From the NCBI RefSeq assembly GCF_001310635.1, contig NZ_BAXR01000003.1:22261-46260 (forward strand): 24,000 nt of DNA. The letters are read 5' to 3'. The translations under genes were made by a program, and so were the position numbers. Source of the DNA: Bacillus sp. JCM 19034 (lineage in GTDB: Bacteria; Bacillota; Bacilli; Bacillales; Bacillaceae_D). Under the pieces are notes generated by a model that saw nothing but the letters and a program-made list of their open reading frames with translations, was not told where the DNA came from and searched no databases. Positions 1 through 7,379 of the stretch are shown in pieces (position 1 is the first letter of the stretch; each line of letters begins with the position of its first letter).

Positions 1-135
1 GGAAAAAATTCAGTGCAAGCGATGCTTGTTTTTGCTGCCATGAACCTAAAAAAATTAGCCAACTGGCACTGGAGAAACACACATCCTCCAGTGTCACCAA
101 CAGAAAATAGAAGAAATAACGTAAAACGCTTTTGA
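1..135 (+). CDS. transposase, C-terminal fragment (IS1182-type, DDE_Tnp_1_6-like); 5' part lies outside the window
   Basis: Frame 1 is open from nt 1 to TGA 133-135 and reads GKNSVQAMLVFAAMNLKKLANWHWRNTHPPVSPTENRRNNVKRF. The FAAMNLKKLANW motif is the C-terminal signature I recall for IS1182-family transposases of Bacillaceae. Only 44 codons are visible. Confidence 0.55.
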   Translation, partial: GKNSVQAMLVFAAMNLKKLANWHWRNTHPPVSPTENRRNNVKRF

Positions 136-159
136 GAATCAACTTCTCAAAGGCGTTTT
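124..159. other. stem-loop spanning the transposase stop codon (possible IS end structure or weak terminator)
   Basis: AAAACGCTTTTGAG (124-137) pairs with CTCAAAGGCGTTTT (146-159), giving a 14-bp stem with one G.U. It is followed by only a short T stretch. Confidence 0.35.
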
Positions 160-171
160 GTCTACGGTCTG

Positions 172-413
172 AAGAGGATGGGACATAACAAAAGTGTTTA
201 GCTGAGAATCCGAACAATTTAAAAACGTAGCGGATGAAATATACGTAGACTCCTGCGGGATGGAAAGTAAAGGTGAGACCCCGCAGTGCGTAGCACGAGG
301 AGCTCGCCAGCTTCCCGCGGAAAGCGAAGTGTATTTCAGGAGCGGTGAATGTGCTCCACCCTGTATTTGTTCGGATTCTCATTTATTAAAATACTTTTTG
401 TCCCAACCTCTTT
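172..413. repeat. MITE-like long imperfect palindrome with ~45-bp terminal inverted repeats, non-coding
   Basis: The left arm AAGAGGATGGGACATAACAAAAGTG...GAGAATCCGAACAA (172-217) matches the reverse complement of TTGTTCGGATTCTC...CTTTTTGTCCCAACCTCTT (367-413). The inner arms also mirror each other: TGAAATATACGTAGACTCCTGCGGGA versus the reverse complement TGAAATACACTTCGCTTTCCGCGGGA. The core (CTCCTGCGGG...GTGAGACCCCGCAG...CCCGCGGAAAGCGAAG) resembles a dispersed intergenic repeat family I recall from Bacillaceae genomes. Confidence 0.55.
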
Positions 414-598
414 GATTTATTGGTTGAAAAGAATGGAAACCAATTTTCCCTTACCTTACCTTCGCAATTGATTTTCATAAATGACGATAAACGTATATGA
501 AAAGATCTGTTTATAAAATCTTTAAAGGGAAGAAATAAGGTTCTTAATTTCACCTTTATCACATAGGTTGTACAAAGTGAGTGTATTGGGGTGGCAGG

Positions 599-880
599 AT
601 GAAAACATGGTTTTTTTCTATTGAGATAGCATTATTAATAATGGTTGGCTTACGAGTGGTATCAGGTTTAATTGAATTAACAGCAGCAATGCTAATGATG
701 CGCTTTAATAGTGTCGAAAAAGCAATTGCAATAAATGCAGCATTAGCAATAATTGGACCAACAGTTTTAGTTCTATCGATTACGATTGGTTTAATTGGGA
801 TGAAAGATCAGCTTTCTTTCATGAAAATTGCATTTATTGCATCAGGCGTATCGCTCATTTTAGTTGGTCTTTCAAAATAA
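599..880 (+). CDS. yqhV: YqhV-like small membrane protein (DUF2619)
   Basis: This is ORF 581-880, with ATG 599 preferred because of the SD-like GGGGTGG at 588-594. The product is hydrophobic and multi-TM. The segment GLRVVSGLIELTAAMLMM...AIIGP resembles B. subtilis YqhV, which also sits directly upstream of spoIIIAA. Confidence 0.7.
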   Translation: MKTWFFSIEIALLIMVGLRVVSGLIELTAAMLMMRFNSVEKAIAINAALAIIGPTVLVLSITIGLIGMKDQLSFMKIAFIASGVSLILVGLSK

Positions 881-896
881 GAAAGGAGGAGAAGAC

Positions 897-1829
897 ATGA
901 TCCACGAAATTCATCCTATTTTACCTGATTCGATAAAACAATTGCTTAAGCAACTGGATCAAACGGTTTTCTCAAAAATAGAAGAAATACGCTTACGAGT
1001 CCATAAACCATTAGAGGTAATTGCAGCTGGGCTTCCTCATTACCCTCGCTATAGAGGTGATGTTTATGTTGTAACACGAGAGGAGGCCAAGTATGTGCTC
1101 AATCAACTAAGTCAATATTCAATTTACGCCTTTGAAGAAGAGCTACGTCGTGGCTTTATAACGATAAAAGGTGGTCATAGGGTTGGTTTGGCGGGGAAAG
1201 TTATTTTAGAAAAAGGTCATGTAAAAACGTTACGAGATATAAGCTCATTTAACATACGGATCGCAAGACAAGCTATTGGTTCAGCAGAGCCTTTAGTATC
1301 AAAGATCTATGAAGGACGCTGGTGTAATACGCTTTTAATCGGACCACCACAAACAGGAAAAACGACACTATTGCGAGATTTAGCACGAATTGTTAGCAAA
1401 GGATTTGATAAGAGAAAAATACCAGCATTAAAGGTTGGGATAGTCGATGAGCGCTCTGAAATTGCAGCAAGCTTACACGGTGTTCCTCAACTAGAGCTAG
1501 GTGCACGTGTTGATGTGTTAGACGGTTGTCCGAAGGCTGAAGGAATGATGATGCTTATACGTTCGATGAGTCCAGATGTTCTCATCGTTGATGAAATTGG
1601 AAGAAAAGAAGATGTGTTAGCCGTTCAAGAGGCACTTCATGCAGGTGTAAAAGTAATGACAACGGCACACGGGTATTCACTAGAAGAGATTGAGAAACGT
1701 CCGTCGTTAAAGCCATTATTTGAAATGAATGCCTTTGAGCGTTGTATAGAATTAACTCGAACCCATAAGCCAGGTGTAATAAGAAGAATTAGAAACCAGG
1801 ATAAGAAAGATTTGGTGACCGTGTCGTGA
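897..1829 (+). CDS. spoIIIAA: stage III sporulation protein AA (ATPase of the SpoIIIA-SpoIIQ channel)
   Basis: ATG 897 lies 7 nt after AAGGAGG (883-889). The protein has a Walker A motif GPPQTGKTT and a Walker B-like LIVDEIG. It is the first gene of an eight-gene spoIIIA series. Confidence 0.9.
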   Translation: MIHEIHPILPDSIKQLLKQLDQTVFSKIEEIRLRVHKPLEVIAAGLPHYPRYRGDVYVVTREEAKYVLNQLSQYSIYAFEEELRRGFITIKGGHRVGLAGKVILEKGHVKTLRDISSFNIRIARQAIGSAEPLVSKIYEGRWCNTLLIGPPQTGKTTLLRDLARIVSKGFDKRKIPALKVGIVDERSEIAASLHGVPQLELGARVDVLDGCPKAEGMMMLIRSMSPDVLIVDEIGRKEDVLAVQEALHAGVKVMTTAHGYSLEEIEKRPSLKPLFEMNAFERCIELTRTHKPGVIRRIRNQDKKDLVTVS

Positions 1830-2338
1830 AACTATTAGGTTCTCTGATGATCATTATCGTGACAACGTGGATTGGATTTGAATATGCCAAACGTTTAAGT
1901 GACCGGCCAAAACAATTAAGACAATTAAAGGTTGCCGTTCAATCGTTGGAAGCGGAAATGATGTATGGCCTTACACCTCTAGCAGAAGCTGCAGATCACA
2001 TTGCGAAACAACTTCCGAAGCCGGTAAGCACGCTTTTCCAACGTTTTTCTGAAAAGCTTTTTGAGAAGGAGTGCAGTGCTTTTGAAGCTTGGCAAGCTAG
2101 CATTAAAGATGTATGGAATACAACTGCTCTATTAGATAGTGAGCGTGAAGTGATGCTGCAGTTTGGTTCAACACTTGGCCAACACGACCTTGAGCAACAG
2201 CAAAAGCAAATTCATTTAACATTAGCACATTTGGCAAGAGAGGAACAGGAAGCAAGAGAGAAGCAGCATCGTTATGAAAAGATGGTGAAAAGCTTAGGCT
2301 TCTTAGCTGGGTTATTGGTCGTCATCTTATTGGTGTAA
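1826..2338 (+). CDS. spoIIIAB: stage III sporulation protein AB
   Basis: GTG 1826 overlaps the spoIIIAA stop (GTGA). The 170-aa product starts MKLLGSLMIIIVTTWIGFEYAKRLSDRPKQLRQLKVAVQSLEAEMMYG and is collinear with B. subtilis SpoIIIAB (171 aa). Confidence 0.9.
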   Translation: MKLLGSLMIIIVTTWIGFEYAKRLSDRPKQLRQLKVAVQSLEAEMMYGLTPLAEAADHIAKQLPKPVSTLFQRFSEKLFEKECSAFEAWQASIKDVWNTTALLDSEREVMLQFGSTLGQHDLEQQQKQIHLTLAHLAREEQEAREKQHRYEKMVKSLGFLAGLLVVILLV

Positions 2339-2353
2339 GGAGGAGGAGAGGTT

Positions 2354-2560
2354 GTGATGTATGATGTGAACACCATCTTTCAAATTGCGGGAATTGGCAT
2401 CGTCGTCGCGATGATTCACACGGTCTTAAAGCAGATGGGAAAAGAAGATTGGGCACATTGGGTGACATTAATAGGTTTTGTTGTTGTATTGTATATGGTC
2501 GCAACGATCGTTGATGATTTATTCCAAAAAATTAGAGGCGTGTTTTTGTTTCAAGGGTGA
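2354..2560 (+). CDS. spoIIIAC: stage III sporulation protein AC
   Basis: The 68-aa product reads DVNTIFQIAGIGIVVA...VATIVDDLFQKIRGVFLFQG, nearly collinear with B. subtilis SpoIIIAC. A strong SD (AAGGAGGAGG, 2337-2346) precedes GTG 2354 and ATG 2357. Confidence 0.9.
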   Translation: MMYDVNTIFQIAGIGIVVAMIHTVLKQMGKEDWAHWVTLIGFVVVLYMVATIVDDLFQKIRGVFLFQG

Positions 2561-2571
2561 GGTGAGTAGCG

Positions 2572-2960
2572 ATTGATATTATTCAAATTGTTGGGTTAGG
2601 TTTAATCGCAACCTTCCTAGCCTAGTAGTCAAAGAGCAAAAGCCGATGTTTGCCTTTATGCTGACGGTATTTGTAGGTGTATTAATCTTTTTATTTCTTA
2701 TCGATGAGGTTGTCAAAATCATTGATATGCTAGAAGGTATAGCCGAGCGTGCGGATCTCAATATGATGTACTTACAGACGATTTTAAAGATTATTGGGAT
2801 CGCCTATATTGCCGAGTTTGGGGCACAGATTGCAAAAGACGCTGGACAAGCTGCTATAGCTTCTAAAATTGAACTAGCTGGGAAAATCTTGATACTTGTC
2901 CTTGCGATTCCTATTTTAACAGCTGTGATTGAAATGGTGTTGTCATTATTGCCAACCTAA
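2572..2960 (+). pseudogene. spoIIIAD: stage III sporulation protein AD, interrupted by a frameshift (possibly two)
   Basis: The conserved N-terminus IDIIQIVGLGLIATFLA is encoded in frame 1 (2572-2622) and runs into TAG 2623-2625. The rest, LVVKEQKPMFAFML...IAYIAEFGAQIAKDAGQAAIASKIELAGKILIL, is in frame 0 (2622-2960). Adding one C at GCC|TAG would restore ATFLALVVKEQKP. No canonical start is in frame with the N-terminal piece. TTG 2573 (7 nt after AGGTGA) is 1 nt out of frame. Confidence 0.8.
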
Positions 2961-2983
2961 AAAGAAGGTTGAGGTGCTCTTTA

Positions 2984-4162
2984 TTGAAGCGAATATTGTT
3001 CATTATACTAGTTGCTCTTTTTTATTTAGTAGTACATCCAATCGTTACGTTCGCTGAAGAAGAAGGAATACAGGAAGAAGGGTTTATTGAACAGCAAGTT
3101 GACAATTTACAATTAGATGAGATAGGGGAATACTGGGAAGAATTATCACGCGATTACGGCGGATTTCTCCCAGAAAGCCAAAAAGGATCACTCATGGAGT
3201 TTATAAGAGGGGACAAGCAATTTTCAATAAAAGAATGGGGAATTGGCTTCATTAAATATTTTCTCCATGAACTACTTGTAAATGGGAAATTGCTAGGATC
3301 GCTCATTCTTTTGACCGTTTTTTGTATGATTCTTCAATCACTGCAAAATGCATTTGAACAACAAACAGTCAGTAAGGTTGCTTATGCCATGACGTATATG
3401 GTGTTAATGATTATTGCCTTAAATAGTTTTCGTGTGGCCATAACGTATGCAACAGAAGCGGTTAATTCGATGATTCATTTTATGATTGCCTTACTTCCAC
3501 TTATGCTGGCGATGATGGCGGCGATTGGAAATATTACAACAGCTGCTCTTTTTCACCCGTTAATCATTTTCCTTGTGAATATAAGCGGTTTGTTAATTCA
3601 AAAAATCGTTTTACCGTTATTGTTTCTATCAGCGGTTTTAAGCATAGTTAGTACCCTTACAAACCATTACAAAGTGTCGAAGCTCGCAACCTTTCTAAGG
3701 AATGTAGCTGTTGGGGCTTTAGGAATATTCTTAACCGTATTTCTTGGTGTTATTTCCGTACAAGGTGCAGCAACAGCGGTTACAGACGGTGTTACAGTTA
3801 GAACTGCGAAGTTTTTAGCTGGAAACCTCGTACCAGTTGTAGGAAGAATGTTCACTGATGCAGCAGATACGGTCATGAGTGCTTCACTATTGCTAAAAAA
3901 TACGGTCGGGTTAGCGGGACTTGCGATTTTGTTAATGTTATGTGCTTTTCCAGCACTAAAAGTCCTTTCACTTGCGATTATTTTTAATTTATCAGCGGCT
4001 ATTTTACAACCGCTCGGAGGTGGACCAATTATTGAATGCTTATCGATCATTGGTAAAGCGGTAATATTTGTATTTGCGGCTTTAGCTGTTGTTTGTTTGA
4101 TGTTCTTTTTAGCTATTACAATCATGATCGCAGCTGGTAATGTGTCATTAATGGTTAGGTGA
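2984..4162 (+). CDS. spoIIIAE: stage III sporulation protein AE (polytopic membrane protein)
   Basis: This is ORF 2969-4162, with TTG 2984 preferred (GAGGTG 2971-2976, 7-nt spacing). Long collinear matches to B. subtilis SpoIIIAE include LPESQKGSLMEFI, GKLLGSLILLTVFC, VSKVAYAMTYMVL, VQGAATAVTDGVTVRTAKF and ILQPLGGGPII. Confidence 0.9.
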   Translation: MKRILFIILVALFYLVVHPIVTFAEEEGIQEEGFIEQQVDNLQLDEIGEYWEELSRDYGGFLPESQKGSLMEFIRGDKQFSIKEWGIGFIKYFLHELLVNGKLLGSLILLTVFCMILQSLQNAFEQQTVSKVAYAMTYMVLMIIALNSFRVAITYATEAVNSMIHFMIALLPLMLAMMAAIGNITTAALFHPLIIFLVNISGLLIQKIVLPLLFLSAVLSIVSTLTNHYKVSKLATFLRNVAVGALGIFLTVFLGVISVQGAATAVTDGVTVRTAKFLAGNLVPVVGRMFTDAADTVMSASLLLKNTVGLAGLAILLMLCAFPALKVLSLAIIFNLSAAILQPLGGGPIIECLSIIGKAVIFVFAALAVVCLMFFLAITIMIAAGNVSLMVR

Positions 4163-4174
4163 GGAGGTAAACAT

Positions 4175-4831
4175 GTGGGAAGCTTAACAGGATGGTTGAC
4201 GACGATAATTTTAATTATTTTGTTAGCAACAATTTTAGAGATGATCCTTCCAAATTCACATATGCAACGATATGTGAAGATGGTCGTTGGACTGTTATTA
4301 TTAGTTGCTATGTTGCAGCCGTTGTTGTCGATTTTTACCGAGGATGTGGATGAATGGCTAGTTTCATTATCGATTCAAACGGATGAAACAGAAAAAATCG
4401 TGCATGAAGCAATAAATTTGCAAAAAAAAGAGATAGAGTTGGGACAACGTGCATATATTTCTGAACAGATGGCTGTCCAATTAGAGAATCAAGTAAAAGA
4501 AGGATTAAAAGAAGGATATGATTTGGAATTGGCAAGTGTTGAGGTTGAACTAGTATGGAAAGAAGGTCTTGAAACGATGCACGATGCGATGGAGGCTTTA
4601 GAGAGTATTCATACGTTTGTTTCAAAGGAATTAGAAGAACAGCAAGAGACAGAGGTAGAGATCGTTCAACCTGTTCATATTCAAGTCACACAGACAAATC
4701 ATAAAGAAGACGTAGAAGAAAAAGAGGAAGAGGATCCATTGGAAGAAGTTCAACAATTCCTTGCTCATAATTGGGATGTGCCAGAAGAAAAGATTATTGT
4801 TGCTTGGGAAGGGGGGAAACAAGCAAAGTGA
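4175..4831 (+). CDS. spoIIIAF: stage III sporulation protein AF
   Basis: GTG 4175 lies 7 nt after GAGGAGG (4161-4167). The N-terminus LTGWLTTIILIILLATILEMILPNSHMQRYVKMVVGLLLLVAML matches B. subtilis SpoIIIAF. The C-terminal half is acidic. Confidence 0.85.
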   Translation: MGSLTGWLTTIILIILLATILEMILPNSHMQRYVKMVVGLLLLVAMLQPLLSIFTEDVDEWLVSLSIQTDETEKIVHEAINLQKKEIELGQRAYISEQMAVQLENQVKEGLKEGYDLELASVEVELVWKEGLETMHDAMEALESIHTFVSKELEEQQETEVEIVQPVHIQVTQTNHKEDVEEKEEEDPLEEVQQFLAHNWDVPEEKIIVAWEGGKQAK

Positions 4832-5498
4832 AACAAAATGAAGAAAAGGATCAAAAATGGCTCCAGTCTTTAATGAAAAAACCTGATAACGGAAAAAAAC
4901 GTCGGCTCCCTCTCCATTATTTGGTCTTGCTTGGTTGTTTAGGTGTTGCCTTATGATTACAGGAAACCTTCTAACCCATCAAGATAATAACGATCAAACT
5001 TTGCCTGTTTATAACGAAGAAAAAGATGAATCGGCTCAGGTTGAGGAAGCGTTTAAAAGGGACAGTTCTCCAGAGCCAAACTCAATGGAAGATTATGAAA
5101 TGCGCTATGAAAATCAACTCAAAGAGTTATTGGAGCAAATGATTGGGTTATCAGATGTTTCCGTCATGGTGAATTTAGCTGAAACGGAACGAGCGATTTA
5201 TGAAAGAGATAGTGTGACGAAAGAACAGCTAACAGATGAAACAGATCGCGAAGGTGGTCAGCGATCTGTAGACGATCGTACGAAAGAGGAGCAAGTTGTC
5301 ATTATTCGAGAAGGTGATAAGGAAGTTCCAATCCTTACTCATAAAGAAAAACCAGAAGTAAAAGGGGTGCTCGTTGTTGCTCATGGAGTAGATAATGCCA
5401 ATACAAAAAGTCAAGTTGTTGAAGCAGTAAGCCGAGTATTAGATGTACCAACACATCGTATTTCTGTAATGCCAAAGAAAACTAAGGAGGGTTCTTAA
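4828..5498 (+). pseudogene. spoIIIAG: stage III sporulation protein AG, split by a -1 frameshift inside the TM segment
   Basis: GTG 4828 overlaps the spoIIIAF stop. Frame 1 encodes VKQNEEKDQKWLQSLMKKPDNGKKRRLPLHYLVLLGCLGVAL and stops at TGA 4954-4956. Frame 0 continues MITGNLLTHQ... from ATG 4953 through the conserved C-terminus KGVLVVAHGVDN...VLDVPTHRISVMPKK. The combined length (~224 aa) and layout match B. subtilis SpoIIIAG (229 aa). TTATG in place of TTAATG would explain the shift. Confidence 0.8.
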
Positions 5499-5533
5499 AT
5501 GGTCTTAAAAAACAAACAGTTTGGTTATTAACG

Positions 5534-6145
5534 ATGCTTAGTCTTATTATTGTCCTATCAGTCTATTATGTTATTCCGTCAGATCCATCGCAAAACGATT
5601 TTGCTTATTCCGATGAGGATCTAGACACGGCCCCAGAAAGTGAAGCAAATGAAACTGATGGTGAAAATATAGAAGAAAGCGAAATTGAAAATAATGATGC
5701 TAATGCTGTTTTAGGTAATATCGCGGATGAACTTGATTTAAATTTTGAAGAAGGAGAATATGGGGAAATATCAACGATTTCATCCAATGAAACGTTTACG
5801 ACGATCCGCATGGAAATGCAAGCAAACCGTGACCGCCTAAAAGAAGAATATACGAAAATTCGGGCATCTGAAGAAGCAACTGCTGAAGAAAAGGCAGAAG
5901 CTCATCAGTTAGAGGCAGATTTGCACCAACTTCAAAATGATGAAGTTGTTTTGGAGCAATTGATTATTGCCAAAGGGTTTGATGATGCACTAGTGTTAGC
6001 AGATCAGGAGCAAGTTCGAGTGCTCGTTCAAGCAGAAGAGCTCACGAGAGAACAGGCAAATGAACTATTACAATTAACTATTTCACAGCTAAGCCTTAAC
6101 TTAGATGAAACAAGTGTTGCTGTTGGACATACAGGTGGCCAATAA
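5534..6145 (+). CDS. spoIIIAH: stage III sporulation protein AH (N-terminal codons displaced by a frameshift)
   Basis: MLSLIIVLSVYYVI matches the SpoIIIAH TM anchor, and an acidic linker and C-terminal domain follow. Upstream, ATG 5499 (SD AAGGAGG 5484-5490) opens a 10-codon frame-0 ORF. With one more A in the A6 run at 5507-5512 it would read MVLKKQTVWLLTMLSL, identical to the B. subtilis N-terminus LKKQTVWLLTMLSL. Confidence 0.8.
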   Translation: MLSLIIVLSVYYVIPSDPSQNDFAYSDEDLDTAPESEANETDGENIEESEIENNDANAVLGNIADELDLNFEEGEYGEISTISSNETFTTIRMEMQANRDRLKEEYTKIRASEEATAEEKAEAHQLEADLHQLQNDEVVLEQLIIAKGFDDALVLADQEQVRVLVQAEELTREQANELLQLTISQLSLNLDETSVAVGHTGGQ

Positions 6146-6168
6146 TAAGGTGTTATGATTTAGAAAGG

Positions 6169-6197
6169 CTCTATCTGTTTTTCAGATAGAGTTTTTT
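6169..6197 (+). terminator. rho-independent terminator of the spoIIIA operon
   Basis: CTCTATCTG (6169-6177) pairs with CAGATAGAG (6183-6191) across loop TTTTT, followed by a T6 run (6192-6197). Confidence 0.8.
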
Positions 6198-6279
6198 CTA
6201 CCATATGAAATAAAGACTTTTGTAACAACATACCACCATACTTAGAAGAAAAACAGATAGCGTTTTTTTTCAAGTAAAG

Positions 6280-6308
6280 ATGACTGTACGATCGTTCTTT
6301 GATATAAT
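6280..6308 (+). promoter_or_regulatory. putative sigma-A promoter with extended -10
   Basis: The -35 is ATGACT (6280-6285), followed by a 17-nt spacer and TGaTATAAT (6300-6308). Confidence 0.4.
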
Positions 6309-6342
6309 ACGCAAAGATCATAAAATGAGGAGCGATTATGAA

Positions 6343-6710
6343 ATGGAATGGAATGATTTAACTGAAGGAGCGAAAGCAGTACTTGAGCAAACGCGTAATA
6401 TGAAAAATGACCATATTCAAATTGTAGAGTTTGAAGTTGGCTTTGAGCAACAAATTGAAGATGAGGAAGAAGGTACATATAAAGTATCGATCAAGAGGAA
6501 GATTATCAAAGCTTAAAGCGATATACGCAAGAAAACGAGTATGGCGATAAATATCATATGGCCCGCAATAAAAATATTGTTAAAATCATCTTATTAGAAG
6601 ACGGAAAGATCCCTGAAAATTTATCTGAGTTTCCAGTATTCCGTCAATATAAGAAAGATTATACTCCTCGTACAGCTGATATCGAGGTAAGCGAGGAAGA
6701 GTCATCTTAA
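6343..6710 (+). pseudogene. small acidic protein of unknown function, -1 frameshift mid-gene
   Basis: ATG 6343 lies 10 nt after GAGGAG (6327-6332). Frame 1 reads MEWNDLTEGAKAVLEQTRNMKNDHIQIVEFEVGFEQQIEDEEEGTYK and then stops at 6514-6516 after unrelated residues. Frame 0 is open from 6483 to TAA 6708-6710 and reads SIDQEEDYQSLKRYTQENEYGDKYHMARNKNIVKIILLEDGKIPENLSEFPVFRQYKKDYTPRTADIEVSEEESS. One extra A in the AAA run at 6481-6483 fuses the two. I do not recognise the family. Confidence 0.5.
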
Positions 6711-6852
6711 AAAAGCATAAGCAGGATTATACGTCTGTTTTGTCGAATGTAAGTAAAATCAATTTTTAGATGAAATTAATTATTGATAAGACGTAGCAAA
6801 ACTGCTAATAAGCTGTTTTTACGTTTTTCAAATAAAGGAGTGCAAATGTGAA

Positions 6853-7362
6853 ATGTTAACAGTAAATGAATTAAAGGATTTAATTAAAGCATTAGATGAA
6901 TCAAATGTGGATGAGTTGAAATTTGAGCAAGAAGGTTCAAAGCTTGTATTAAGAAAACAAAAAGAGGTTCAAGTAGTTGGACAAGCACCAGTAGCTATTC
7001 AGCAAACGGCTGCTCCAACACCGGTAGTTCCACATGCTTCACCTACACAAGCAGCTCAAGCTCCTCAAACTTCAAAAAGTGAAGGTGAAAAAGTGCAAGT
7101 AACACAAGCAACAAACGACAATTTACATACTATTACATCACCGATGGTTGGAACGTTTTATTCTGCTCCGTCACCTGATTCTGACCCATATGTGTTAAAA
7201 GGTGATCAAGTACAAGCTAATTCTGTAGTATGTATTGTTGAGGCAATGAAATTAATGAATGAAATTGAGGCTGAGGTAAGCGGCAAAATTGTTGAAATTT
7301 TAGCTGAGAATGGGGAGCTTGTTGAATACGGTCAACCATTATTTGTAGTGGAGCCTGCATAA
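6853..7362 (+). CDS. accB: acetyl-CoA carboxylase biotin carboxyl carrier protein
   Basis: The product has the biotinylation motif [12 protein letters not shown], a Pro/Ala/Gln-rich linker, and an N-terminus collinear with B. subtilis AccB. The SD is AAAGGAG at 6834-6840. Confidence 0.95.
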   Translation: MLTVNELKDLIKALDESNVDELKFEQEGSKLVLRKQKEVQVVGQAPVAIQQTAAPTPVVPHASPTQAAQAPQTSKSEGEKVQVTQATNDNLHTITSPMVGTFYSAPSPDSDPYVLKGDQVQANSVVCIVEAMKLMNEIEAEVSGKIVEILAENGELVEYGQPLFVVEPA

Positions 7363-7379
7363 AATAGGAGAGAGAGCAC

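Noticed and set aside
540-580. Possible sigma-E-type promoter (CACATAGGT as a -10-like element) upstream of yqhV
   Set aside because: The match to the sigma-E consensus (CATACAnT with an ATA-type -35) is poor, and I cannot support it from sequence alone.
581-598. N-terminal extensions offered by the ORF track (581, 864, 2969, 9604, 17528, 19820, 22298, 23364)
   Set aside because: In each case an internal start with a properly spaced SD coincides with the N-terminus of the known orthologue. The extensions overlap upstream genes or lack an SD.
3667-4125. 152-codon minus-strand ORF
   Set aside because: It lies entirely antisense to the well-conserved spoIIIAE. It has no SD, and its composition looks like the shadow of a membrane-protein gene.
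4771-4956. 61-codon ORF listed as a separate gene
   Set aside because: Its upstream part is out-of-frame overlap with spoIIIAF. From GTG 4828 it encodes the N-terminus and half the TM helix of SpoIIIAG, so I merged it into the frameshifted spoIIIAG.
6791-6828. Hairpin plus T-run upstream of accB as a riboswitch or terminator
   Set aside because: The stem is AT-rich and interrupted (ACGTA-gc-AAAAC paired with GTTTT-TACGT). It is too weak to call, and I do not recognise any known riboswitch motif there.
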